A DNA stretch of 64,000 nucleotides from Octopus vulgaris (lineage: Eukaryota). Positions 63,837 to 64,000 of this stretch are shown piece by piece (within the stretch, counting starts at the first letter, position 1; the number at the start of each line of letters is the position of its first letter). Under the pieces are notes generated by a model. It ran no database searches and was not told the DNA's origin. It was given only the letters and a program-made list of their open reading frames with translations. The stretch is from contig OX597820.1 in the NCBI GenBank assembly GCA_951406725.2, positions 115,568,001-115,632,000 of the forward strand, in the 5' to 3' direction. A program made the translations under genes and the position numbers.

Positions 63837-64000
63837 GTGGTGAGCTGGCAGGATCATTAGCATGCCAAATAAAACATTTAGTACCATTTTGTCCATCTTT
63901 ACGTTCTGAGTTCAGATGCTGTCAAGATTGACTGAGCCTTCCAGCCATTTGGGGGGCAATAAACCAAGTACCAGTTGGACACTCATATCAATACAATTGA

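Overview
AT-rich, repeat-dense eukaryotic genomic DNA, most likely an octopus (coleoid cephalopod); this is inferred from the tRNA-derived SINE families and dense (CA)n/(TA)n/(CAT)n tracts. Most ORFs in the supplied track are artefacts of microsatellites and SINEs. Genes, all + strand: (i) the 3' end of an unidentified gene, with a 627-nt Ser/Thr/Asn-rich exon (19049-19675) spliced in frame to a short terminal exon (22905-22920); (ii) the 5' part of a RASSF2/4-like gene, with clear exons at 55418-55493 and 62299-62472 and several candidate upstream exons near a CpG-rich promoter region at about 26.6-27.6 kb. The rest holds four SINE families, hAT/mariner/piggyBac MITEs, a maT-like transposon relic, Helitrons, CR1/RTE/Tx1 LINE ends, a probable solo LTR and a possible decayed JMY/WHAMM-like pseudogene. 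The most notable signal is a set of hammerhead-ribozyme (HHR) motifs in up to five different elements. The best is a Penelope-like family (3 loci) whose 3' end runs GIY-YIG C-terminus, tRNA-like Pol III promoter, (AAT)n, minimal ACGU hammerhead, always in a fold-back arrangement; an apparently intact copy lies in sense orientation in the RASSF intron region. All family assignments come from reading the sequence; no database searches were run.
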